From: a virus
Taxonomy: Duplodnaviria > Heunggongvirae > Uroviricota > Caudoviricetes
Direction: 5' to 3' (one strand)
Virus record (IMG/VR): IMGVR_UViG_648276650_000001
Span: 1-15,112 of that record
Length of the DNA: 15,112 nucleotides
The notes under the pieces: model-generated
What the model was told of the DNA's origin: nothing
What the model saw: the letters and a program-made list of their open reading frames with translations, nothing else
Database searches by the model: none
Program-made: the position numbers and the translations under genes
Shown here: positions 1 to 7,510 of the stretch, piece by piece
Numbering within the stretch: the first letter of the stretch is position 1
Layout of the letters: every line of letters starts with the position of its first letter

Positions 1-342
1 GACGAAGTAATTTTCAGGGAATATTTCTATGATACACCACCAGAAGGAAAATACAGATGTGTCGGAGAGGATGGGCTGCCTGCGTGGGCAGATATTCCTC
101 CACCCACGCATGAAGAACTTATTGAAATTACAGAATCAGAAAGACAGCTACTAATTAACCAGGCCAACGAATACATGAACAGTAAGCAATGGCCCGGTAA
201 AGCCGCTATTGGTCGTCTGAAAGATGATGAACTGGCGCAATATAATTTGTGGCTGGATTATCTGGACGCACTGGAACTGGTTGATACCTCCAGTGCTCCA
301 GATATTGAATGGCCTACGCCTCCGGCAGTTCAGGCCAGATGA
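1..342 (+). CDS. tfa: Tail fibre assembly protein, C-terminal part only (5' end lies outside the window); convergent with the minus-strand tfa
   Basis: Frame 1 of the plus strand is open from base 1 to TGA at 340-342 and translates to ...GRLKDDELAQYNLWLDYLDALELVDTSSAPDIEWPTPPAVQAR*. The C-terminal motif (TSxAPDIEWP) is the conserved Tfa end as I recall it from lambda Tfa. Absent from the ORF track because no long Met-initiated stretch falls inside the window. Confidence 0.7.
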   Translation, partial: DEVIFREYFYDTPPEGKYRCVGEDGLPAWADIPPPTHEELIEITESERQLLINQANEYMNSKQWPGKAAIGRLKDDELAQYNLWLDYLDALELVDTSSAPDIEWPTPPAVQAR

Positions 343-919
343 CATCCGGCGCGGTGCTGGTATCTGTTGCCGTCACCGCGTCAATGTAATCCAGCACGGC
401 GTTAAGTCGGGTTGTTTCTGCCTGCGTCAACTTCCGTCCGGCCTGTAATTTCAGCTGAATCAGACTAATGGAAACCATTGCTGCATCAATCAGTGACTGG
501 CGCTGTGCTTCTGCCGCTTTTACTGCGGCACCATATTGTGCCTCAGTATCTGTCACCCATTTCTCACCATCCCATTTATCGTATGGCGTTAACGGAGCGA
601 TAGTGCTCGTATTTTCAGGGTAATCTCCTGGCGCGGTGATTTCTTTTGGTTCTCCAGTTTCGGTGCTATAAACAATTTCACCGCGATGGTCTGGCACATA
701 TTTCCACGAGTTCAAATCCGTTGAGCGGCATATTGCATAACCAGCTTTAGATGCACCTGGTGCATCTAAACAAGAACATGCCGGGATACCGACACCGACA
801 GCAAGATATTCTGTTGATGTTGAAATATATTCCTGCGTCTCACCATCATAATTATAAACGGTAACATTCCCCGCCTTTGTAGCAATAAGCTCACTATTTA
901 ATACAGCTTTATTCATCAT
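314..919 (-). CDS. tfa: Tail fibre assembly protein (Tfa-like chaperone)
   Basis: 201-aa ORF. The C-terminal half (DHRGEIVYSTETGEP...YDKWDGEKWVTDTEAQ...DTSTAPDVIWPELPEA) resembles lambda Tfa as I recall it. The start overlaps the stop of the upstream tail-fibre gene in an ATGA arrangement. Confidence 0.85.
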   Translation of the reverse strand: MMNKAVLNSELIATKAGNVTVYNYDGETQEYISTSTEYLAVGVGIPACSCLDAPGASKAGYAICRSTDLNSWKYVPDHRGEIVYSTETGEPKEITAPGDYPENTSTIAPLTPYDKWDGEKWVTDTEAQYGAAVKAAEAQRQSLIDAAMVSISLIQLKLQAGRKLTQAETTRLNAVLDYIDAVTATDTSTAPDVIWPELPEA

Positions 920-1887
920 GCAGCCCTCACAATATAATTAAAAGCGATGTTACGTGGACGATTTTCATTTGCTGTTGGAACGACATTTGCTGCAGAAAAA
1001 TAAACATCTTGTCTGATACGTCTGTCTGTTGCGTAAGTCATAGGTACGTTAATGTTATTTCTAGTAGTTTCTTCCCCATAAAAGGCCCCAGCCACACCAC
1101 TAACATCGATAATTGCATTAATCTCACTGTTAACACGCTGCTGACCGAATGAACCAGTGATGTTTCGAATGGCATCTCCCTGTGACGAAAGCAAGCTACG
1201 GTTAGTATCAATTCCTCTTCCATCATCCCAGCCACGAATGAACTCACCACGTAAATCAGGCAATTTTTTTGTCGGGTAAGCCTTTGCCAGTTCCGGGTAT
1301 TCTTCAGCAGAAAAAACCGCACCGTTGCATTTCAGCCAGCCTGTTGGCGGAGTGGCGGAAGGCCACGGAACAGGGACACCAACAGGTAATGCAGAGCCTT
1401 CTCCCAAACCAAGGTTTGTGCTAGCGTCTGCGGCATTCGTTGCGCCGGTACCACCTTGATTAACCGGCAAAGCTCCGTTGCTCCCCTTCTGCAGTAATTT
1501 CCCAAGAGCCGGGATTGATAAACTGGTGCCATTGATCGTAACGGTAATGTTCTGGTTGGCTGAGGTTGTGGCGAACGTCTCCCACGCACCAATATTCTCG
1601 TCATACTCCTTGATAAGCTGCGACATGGCCTGCGCCAGCCCATCAACCGAGATATTGTCTGATACCAGAATGCCGTACTTCTGGCCGCTCAGCGCCGGTG
1701 ATGCAGCAGGCGTTACCGTCATTGACGTGGCGCTATTCACGGATGAAATCTGGAACAGTTGCACCGGGTTAGACATCACGATAATTGTCTGGCCAGCGCG
1801 AACCTGGCTGGCCGGTGCAGTCCAGTTTGTACCGGAGCCGGTTGCGGTATTTCCGTTAATAGAGATAGTTCCGGTGCTATAAATCAT
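916..1887 (-). CDS. Tail fibre protein (short, 323 aa) with a C-terminal phage-tail-collar type domain
   Basis: The C-terminal region (PVPWPSATPPTGWLKCNGAVFSAEEYPELAKAYP...LPDLRGEFIRGWDDGRG...NIAFNYIVRAA) resembles the conserved C-termini of E. coli prophage side tail fibre proteins (StfR-type ...NIAFNYIVRLA) as I recall them. It has its own AGGAG Shine-Dalgarno 5 nt upstream of the ATG at 1887. Confidence 0.85.
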   Translation of the reverse strand: MIYSTGTISINGNTATGSGTNWTAPASQVRAGQTIIVMSNPVQLFQISSVNSATSMTVTPAASPALSGQKYGILVSDNISVDGLAQAMSQLIKEYDENIGAWETFATTSANQNITVTINGTSLSIPALGKLLQKGSNGALPVNQGGTGATNAADASTNLGLGEGSALPVGVPVPWPSATPPTGWLKCNGAVFSAEEYPELAKAYPTKKLPDLRGEFIRGWDDGRGIDTNRSLLSSQGDAIRNITGSFGQQRVNSEINAIIDVSGVAGAFYGEETTRNNINVPMTYATDRRIRQDVYFSAANVVPTANENRPRNIAFNYIVRAA

Positions 1888-2392
1888 AACAACTCCTAAA
1901 TTTAGACAACATGAAGCCCGGAGAGGTATATAACCCTCACCAGAAATAATTTCTGAATTGGTTTTTAATACATGTTGGGCAACGCCAGTGTTGGCATAGC
2001 TATAGTTGTATCAAATGCCATTGACCACCAACCCAAATAATAATTGCCGACTACTTTATTCCTTTCCGCTATGACATTCCCACCTGTCATTACAATTCCT
2101 TTATACCTAATATTTCCGTAACCACCAACGTGTCGACAGTTAGCCCCGGTATAAACAATCTGGCAAAATTTATCACCAATATTCAGGTTCGCATTGGTGA
2201 TATTTATTGTCCCATCAAAAATGAATGGCTTCGTGCAAGTAAGAACACGTTTGCGTTGACGATTGGTTTATTCAATCCATCAACTAGAATACCTTGTAAA
2301 AGAATTGCCATAATATTTCTCACTTTATTTAACTTACTCAGCATAACAAGTATATTGAAATTCAACCATGTCAACAACACAAAGGAGTCCCA
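1888..2392. promoter_or_regulatory. AT-rich non-coding region between the divergent tail-fibre gene (-) and lipoprotein gene (+); presumed to hold divergent promoters
   Basis: About 500 bp with no convincing ORF and clearly more AT-rich than the flanking coding sequence. Exact -35/-10 hexamers could not be assigned with confidence. Confidence 0.4.
2171..2202. repeat. Perfect 10-bp inverted repeat with a 12-bp spacer (TATCACCAAT-n12-ATTGGTGATA); candidate protein-binding site
   Basis: Read directly: tatcaccaat (2171-2180) and attggtgata (2193-2202) are exact reverse complements. Confidence 0.5.
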
Positions 2393-2626
2393 ATGAAACT
2401 CGCTCTAATTATGCTGCCATTATGTCTGTCCCTCACTGCATGTGGTAATGGTTTAAATACCGGTAAACCAAATTCCGGTGTCATTCCAAAACCTTTGGAT
2501 CGCGATGGTAACGGTTCTTTAATTTATGATACCGAAAAGCTTCCAATGACTGGGCAATGGTGCCATGAAATTGATCACGAATACAGACGAATTGGTTCAC
2601 CTTCAAACTGTGTGATTGATTATTGA
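2393..2626 (+). CDS. Small lipoprotein (77-aa precursor); candidate Cor/Llp-like superinfection-exclusion moron
   Basis: AAAGGAG Shine-Dalgarno 7-8 nt upstream of the ATG. N-terminus MKLALIMLPLCLSLTAC has a hydrophobic core and an LTAC lipobox, with Gly at +2. Two further Cys in the mature part. AT-rich relative to the tail genes. Followed by a strong hairpin with a T-tract. Confidence 0.75.
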   Translation: MKLALIMLPLCLSLTACGNGLNTGKPNSGVIPKPLDRDGNGSLIYDTEKLPMTGQWCHEIDHEYRRIGSPSNCVIDY

Positions 2627-2662
2627 TAATTAACCCCTCAAACGAGGGGTTAATTATTTATT
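2627..2662 (+). terminator. Intrinsic terminator for the lipoprotein gene, formed by a 13-bp perfect palindrome and shared with the 3' end of J
   Basis: taattaacccctc (2627-2639), loop aaac, gaggggttaatta (2644-2656), then tttatt. The T-tract is good on the plus strand only; on the minus strand the hairpin is followed by TCAATAATC. Confidence 0.7.
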
Positions 2663-5600
2663 ACGACCAACTGCCAGTTCCGCGAGTCATTAATATTACA
2701 GACGGGCGCAAGTAGCTATTATAGACGTTCGTATACGCCTCCTTAACGCTTATTGTTACGCTCGACGCTGTCTTTCCTTTCACTGCTAACGGTATGGTTA
2801 CATCCATGTCGGGACCATTAGCAGCTCGCTCAATGCTCCTTGTAATTGAGGTCCCCCCTATGTTAGCAGTCACAGTTATACGACTTGCCTGATTTGATGT
2901 ATATGCGGTTAAACTATAACTTAATAGCAACACAAAGTCTTTAGATAATGTTGAACCAGATGAGTCTTTGAAAGTTTTTGTCCAGGTTCTTGAACTTGTA
3001 GTTTCTGTGTTTGGTATTGCGGACTCAGCAATGACACACATATTCGCAACATCACCGATAAAACTTTGCGCTTCTACAGTTCCTTTGAACTTACCGCTTG
3101 TTGCTTGTATCTCACCAGTAAAGCTACCGCCACTAGCATATACCACACCTCTGACAGTTACGTTATTGAATTCAGCATCCCCGGCTTTATCAAGCTTCCA
3201 GCCAGCAGAACCAGCAACATAATTGTTCGACTGGATATAGTTGCCGATTTTGGCGTTCTCAATGGTGCCGTCCTGGATGAAGCTGGCCCGGATGAATGTC
3301 TGCCCGTTCTGGATCACGAACGGCAAAGCCACGCTATTTCCGGCCGCCGTGGTGACGGCGAAGCGATCAGCCAGGAAGATAACCTGCGACTGCATGCCGG
3401 ATGGCGTATTCTCCACGCCGATCCCCATCCCTGCGGCGTAATACTGCCCGTTGCTGGAGACACCAACCTTGATGTTGTACATCGCGCTGAGTTCGCCATT
3501 AACGTTGGCTATAGCCTGAGCGTTAGTGGTGATGGCGGAGGTATGCCCGTTCACGGTCGCCGTGATGCCGTTTATCTGCGTGGCGGTGGCCTGCTGATAG
3601 TCGGAGAGCGTCTGATTCAGGCTGTTGATGGATGCCTTGTTGCCGTTGACGTCCGTCTGCAGGCTCAGCAATGAACGTGCTGTGGCTTCCTTCTCACTGA
3701 CGATCACCTCGTCGAGACGGTCCAGCTGAGCGCTGTTACCGGCGACCGTTGCGGATAGCCTTTTGCGTGTGGCGACCTGCGCCAGCCCGTTCTGGATAAT
3801 GGCAATGGCTGAGTTCTTGACCCCGCCCGTCATGCCATCCATAGACACACTGATGCTGTCGATTCGCTGGCCCAGCGCGGTATCAGCCGTCGCAACGGTC
3901 TGCTCAAGCTGACTGAGTGAAGACGAAACATTCCCGACCGTGCTGGAAAGCTCATTAACGCTGGTCTGAACCTTCCCGACGTCCTGGGCATTTTTGGCGA
4001 TGTCCTTCGCCTGCTGCTCCAGTTCGTCGTTGGCCTGTTTGATATCGTTAGCCATGTCAGCAATTTTTTCATTGCTGTCCACCGCGTTCTCGATCAGGTC
4101 CTTGAACGTATCGGAGCCTTTCATGTCCTCCAGGATCACATCTGTGATGTCGGAAACATCGATGCTGGCCTGTCCTCGCACCCATTCTGTGTACCCTGAT
4201 TCGTTGCCGCTGCGGTCCACCAGCTGAGCGCGGTACCAGAAAATCTGCCCAGCATTGAGGCCCATCTGCTGATATTTGCGCTGCGGATAAGGCACATCGG
4301 CCAGCAGCATCGCATCGTCCTCGGTTCCGGTCAGGCTGTACTGAATTTCCGTCTTCAGCGTGTCGTCGGTATTCGCCGGGAATCCCCAGTTCAGCTCGAT
4401 GCCGAAATCCACATTTTCAGAAGCGATGAAGCCAACCGGCTTAGGTGGATTGCCCACTTTACCCGTCAGCGTTTTCTCTTCTGAATAGCCCCATCCGGAT
4501 GAAATTTCTGCGGCATTGATTGCGCGCACCCGCACCAGGTAGCGCCCGGCATAAATCCCCGGGACGTCGAATGACGTGGTGGAGGTGCGCGGCACGTTAA
4601 CCCAGTTCCCGTCGTTGCGGCGCCATTGCGCTTCATAGGCGATAGCGTTCTGCGCCTGGTCCCAGCTCACGCGCATCGTTTCGACGCTGATATTTTGCTG
4701 CACCACGGAAAACGAGCTGATCACGATGTTCGCAGGCGGCGACTGGTTACCAGGCGGGATCACGCTCACCGGCCGCTGGTCAATAATGGCTCCGGTATCG
4801 ATTCGGGCATATTTATCCGGATCGTGCCATGCACCGGTAATGGTGAAAGTGCCATCATCGTTATCAGTGACGCTCACAACACGGTACTGCTGTGCGTACA
4901 GTTCGTTTGACTCAACCACCCAGACAGCTTCGGCCTGCGGCGTCTCACTGTATGCGGTGGTGACTGTGACCGATTCCCCGTTAACCGCCTGAATTGTCCT
5001 GCTCTGTGACGCTCCGGAGGGAAGGTTGAGGATAAGGCGATCACCTGCTGCCGCATCAGCTACACGGTCAAGTTTGATAACGCGACCATTAACGGCGCTG
5101 ATGCGTCCGCCCATAACCTTTCCGGAAAGCAGCTCGTCTGCCACAGCGATGATATAGCCAGGCTGCGGTATGTTTCCGTCCAGCCCGACATCGAACGAAA
5201 CAACGCGATCCTTGTTGTTGGTGAGAATACCCCAGCGCCCCTTTCGGTTCGCTTCTGACTGTCTGGTACAACCAATGGCTGTCATTTCGAGCTGATTTGT
5301 GCCAAAGCGAGCAACGAGATCCTGCTCAAATACAGGCTCCATCGCATCCGCGTAGGCATTACCCGGATCGGACCAGGAAACCAGTGCTGTGGTATAGCGG
5401 GTTTTCGTGGTGCTGCCCGAATAGGTAAAGCGCCCATTAACCACGTTTGCACGCGTGTAGCTGTAATCCACATCGCGGGGCATATCCGCCAGCGCAACGA
5501 TTTGATCGCCACCCCAGTACGTCATGCCCCGGAATATCGCCGCAAAATCACGTAACACGGTATAGGCATCATTCCTCTCCTGCACATACACGTTGCAGGT

Positions 5601-6605
5601 ATAGCGAGGCTCAGTGCCGCTACCGCCTTTACCATCAGGAACCGGCTGATCGCAATATTGCGCGACCTGGTAAAGCGTCCATTTATCAATATTGGTCGCC
5701 GTCAGGCGATTGCCCAGCCCAAAGCGGTCGCTCACCACCAGATCGTAAAAAATCCAGGCCGGATTATCCGTCCACGCCCACTTAAACACCCCCGTCCATG
5801 TGCCGCTATAGGTGCGGGTCTCCGGGTCATACGTATCCGGAACGCGGATTACACGGCCTCGCGGTTCGCAGGCTATTTGCGGGATAGAGCCGTTAAACTG
5901 GCTTGAGTCAAATTCGATGTAGAGCAGCGCGGTATTTGGATAACGCAGTTTGGCGTCGATAACCTCTGTGTAGCTCTGCAGCGTCATTGTGTCGCCAATT
6001 TTCGCGCTGTTGGCATCCGCCGTGAGCTTACGCAGGCGCACCGTCCATGTGCTGCCTGCCTGTGGTAAGTCGATGCGATGGCTGCGTTCGTAGCCGGAAG
6101 TTGTCTTGCCGGTTACGCTGGTATTAAGTACCGTCTGCCAGGTACCACCATCAGTCTGCAGATCAATGGCGTAGTTAATTGAATAGCCAACCAGATCGCC
6201 ATCGTTCTCCTGTTTAAAAAGCGATGGCCATTTCAGGCGCAGGCGAACGGCTGACAGCTGCGTGTTGGTAAAGGTGTGTGTCCAGGCGGTGGTGCTTGAA
6301 ACTTCGGTGCCCACGCTGATTTCGTTTTCGGTACCGGGGATGCCCTGAATGTATTTTTGTGCCTGCGTCCCCGGGCGGAATTCCCACGCCACGCCGCTGA
6401 AGTTTTGCGAACCGTCTGCATTCTCCAGTGGTGTGCCGTCGAGATAGATATCTTTCGCCGTCAGTTGCCCGGCAAATTCCCCCTCTCCCAGCGCAACAAG
6501 AATTTTGGCCTTTGCTACGGACTGGAGGTCGTCTGGTTGTTCAGTCGGGGTGCGGGAACTTGAGCTGCCGCCCTTGCGGCCTCTAATCGGAGTAGATGTA
6601 GCCAT
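2661..6605 (-). CDS. J: Tail tip / host specificity protein J (central tail fibre, 1314 aa)
   Basis: Very long ORF immediately after I in lambda gene order. Internal segments (e.g. YPNTALLYIEFDSSQF, TWTGVFKWAWTDNPAWIFYD, CDQPVPDGKGGSGTEPRYTCN, FTITGAWHDPDKYA) resemble lambda gpJ as I recall it. Includes a long Ala/Gln/Ser-rich coiled-coil-like stretch and a distinct C-terminal domain. Confidence 0.95.
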   Translation of the reverse strand: MATSTPIRGRKGGSSSSRTPTEQPDDLQSVAKAKILVALGEGEFAGQLTAKDIYLDGTPLENADGSQNFSGVAWEFRPGTQAQKYIQGIPGTENEISVGTEVSSTTAWTHTFTNTQLSAVRLRLKWPSLFKQENDGDLVGYSINYAIDLQTDGGTWQTVLNTSVTGKTTSGYERSHRIDLPQAGSTWTVRLRKLTADANSAKIGDTMTLQSYTEVIDAKLRYPNTALLYIEFDSSQFNGSIPQIACEPRGRVIRVPDTYDPETRTYSGTWTGVFKWAWTDNPAWIFYDLVVSDRFGLGNRLTATNIDKWTLYQVAQYCDQPVPDGKGGSGTEPRYTCNVYVQERNDAYTVLRDFAAIFRGMTYWGGDQIVALADMPRDVDYSYTRANVVNGRFTYSGSTTKTRYTTALVSWSDPGNAYADAMEPVFEQDLVARFGTNQLEMTAIGCTRQSEANRKGRWGILTNNKDRVVSFDVGLDGNIPQPGYIIAVADELLSGKVMGGRISAVNGRVIKLDRVADAAAGDRLILNLPSGASQSRTIQAVNGESVTVTTAYSETPQAEAVWVVESNELYAQQYRVVSVTDNDDGTFTITGAWHDPDKYARIDTGAIIDQRPVSVIPPGNQSPPANIVISSFSVVQQNISVETMRVSWDQAQNAIAYEAQWRRNDGNWVNVPRTSTTSFDVPGIYAGRYLVRVRAINAAEISSGWGYSEEKTLTGKVGNPPKPVGFIASENVDFGIELNWGFPANTDDTLKTEIQYSLTGTEDDAMLLADVPYPQRKYQQMGLNAGQIFWYRAQLVDRSGNESGYTEWVRGQASIDVSDITDVILEDMKGSDTFKDLIENAVDSNEKIADMANDIKQANDELEQQAKDIAKNAQDVGKVQTSVNELSSTVGNVSSSLSQLEQTVATADTALGQRIDSISVSMDGMTGGVKNSAIAIIQNGLAQVATRKRLSATVAGNSAQLDRLDEVIVSEKEATARSLLSLQTDVNGNKASINSLNQTLSDYQQATATQINGITATVNGHTSAITTNAQAIANVNGELSAMYNIKVGVSSNGQYYAAGMGIGVENTPSGMQSQVIFLADRFAVTTAAGNSVALPFVIQNGQTFIRASFIQDGTIENAKIGNYIQSNNYVAGSAGWKLDKAGDAEFNNVTVRGVVYASGGSFTGEIQATSGKFKGTVEAQSFIGDVANMCVIAESAIPNTETTSSRTWTKTFKDSSGSTLSKDFVLLLSYSLTAYTSNQASRITVTANIGGTSITRSIERAANGPDMDVTIPLAVKGKTASSVTISVKEAYTNVYNSYLRPSVILMTRGTGSWS

Positions 6606-6614
6606 ATTGCGCCC

Positions 6615-6641
6615 ATAAAAAAAGCCACCCTGAGGTGGCTT
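6615..6641 (-). terminator. Intrinsic-terminator-like hairpin between the 88-aa ORF and the J start codon
   Basis: On the minus strand: AAGCCACC, loop TCAG, GGTGGCTT, followed by a T-run of about 7 that includes the stem end. The J ATG lies about 11 nt further downstream. Confidence 0.6.
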
Positions 6642-6659
6642 ATTGCAAGAGAAAATTAA

Positions 6660-6926
6660 TCAGATATTTGTTTCGCTAAATGGGTTTACAAAATCAGCTT
6701 CTGCTTTGAAAAACTGACAATCACTGGACGACGTTACTGATACTGGAATACCGGTATCTTCAACTTCATATAGCTTTGAATATTTATCGGAAACTTTGCC
6801 AGAAAATGTCTCGCGACAAATAACCTCTCCGCCACGGTTTACTATTACTGTCGCATTTCCGCCGATCAGGATTCCGTCATCAACGCGATGCAGGCCTGAA
6901 ATGGTCAATCTTAAGTATTTCTTCAT
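6660..6926 (-). CDS. Hypothetical 88-aa protein inserted between I and J; unknown function
   Basis: ATG overlaps the I stop (ATGA). GGGGA Shine-Dalgarno-like motif about 6 nt upstream. Noticeably more AT-rich than I and J. Lambda has no gene at this position. I recognise no family for the sequence MKKYLRLTISGLHRVDDGILIGGNATVIVNRGGEVICRETFSGKV... Confidence 0.55.
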   Translation of the reverse strand: MKKYLRLTISGLHRVDDGILIGGNATVIVNRGGEVICRETFSGKVSDKYSKLYEVEDTGIPVSVTSSSDCQFFKAEADFVNPFSETNI

Positions 6927-7510
6927 TGTTGATCCCCAACGTAAATCCCGGCTGAAATAATTGCGCCGCCTATGCGTCGGCGACCATAAAGAAGCGGTAC
7001 CGGATAGCCCTGCGCTGCGGTGTTTGTGACTCCGCCGAACGCGTATGAGGCGCGGTTATCTGAGCTCTGTTTGCTGGCCAGCCCTGTAGCCTGGGGGGAT
7101 AACATCTGAACTACACCCCCCAGCGTTATGGACGCACCAGCAGCAAACATCATATTGCTGGCAGCTATACTCAGACCTGGCATCCAGATCGATGCAATCA
7201 CTAATACTGCGCCCAGGATAGTTTGAATCAAACCGGCTTTTTTACTCCCGATGATTACCGGGACAATGCGGATAACATCGCCGGTAACCGGGAAACCGAG
7301 GTCATCCACACCGATGTTTTTTTTACCCTTAAATACGGAGTATGTGATCCCACGGCGCTGGCTGGAAATCATAAACTGCTCAAAGCCCGGAATAGTCTTT
7401 GCGAGCGCCACTCCCGCCTCGCTTACACGGGAAATCAGGCGGTGGTGAATTTTACCGAATGATTTCCCGAGCACGCCGCCAAGCTCAATGCGGGTCATTA
7501 CTTCCTGCAT
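6923..7510 (-). CDS. I: Tail assembly protein I
   Basis: 195 aa, between K and J. Gly/Ala-rich hydrophobic middle and the C-terminal motif (VPLLYGRRRIGG) resemble lambda gpI (LPVLYGEMRVGS) as I recall it. Confidence 0.9.
   Translation of the reverse strand: MQEVMTRIELGGVLGKSFGKIHHRLISRVSEAGVALAKTIPGFEQFMISSQRRGITYSVFKGKKNIGVDDLGFPVTGDVIRIVPVIIGSKKAGLIQTILGAVLVIASIWMPGLSIAASNMMFAAGASITLGGVVQMLSPQATGLASKQSSDNRASYAFGGVTNTAAQGYPVPLLYGRRRIGGAIISAGIYVGDQQ

Noticed and set aside
310-337. Possible palindrome or recombination site at the tfa/tfa' overlap (TGGCCT...AGGCCA)
   Set aside because: Only the 6-bp ends are symmetric and the interior is not. The symmetry is explained by both strands encoding the conserved Tfa C-terminal W-P motif.
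1038-1882. Overlapping ORFs (94, 104 and 134 aa) inside the tail-fibre gene
   Set aside because: Alternative-frame or antisense ORFs within a gene whose own frame has clear family features.
1946-1971. hix/gix-like half-site (GGTTTTTAATAC, preceded by TTCTGAATT) upstream of the tail-fibre gene
   Set aside because: Only one half resembles a Hin/Gin crossover site. The left half lacks the AAACC dyad partner, so it is not a convincing recombination site on its own.
2130-2396. 88-aa plus-strand ORF in the AT-rich region, ending in an ATGA overlap with the lipoprotein start
   Set aside because: It starts at GTG with no Shine-Dalgarno, and its composition is that of AT-rich intergenic DNA. The apparent frame is probably a chance open stretch, although a small membrane peptide (hydrophobic C-terminus) cannot be fully excluded without homology or expression data.
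3066-3674. 202-aa plus-strand ORF (and several shorter ones) inside J
   Set aside because: Antisense or alternative-frame ORFs within the J coding region, with no start context or recognisable protein features.
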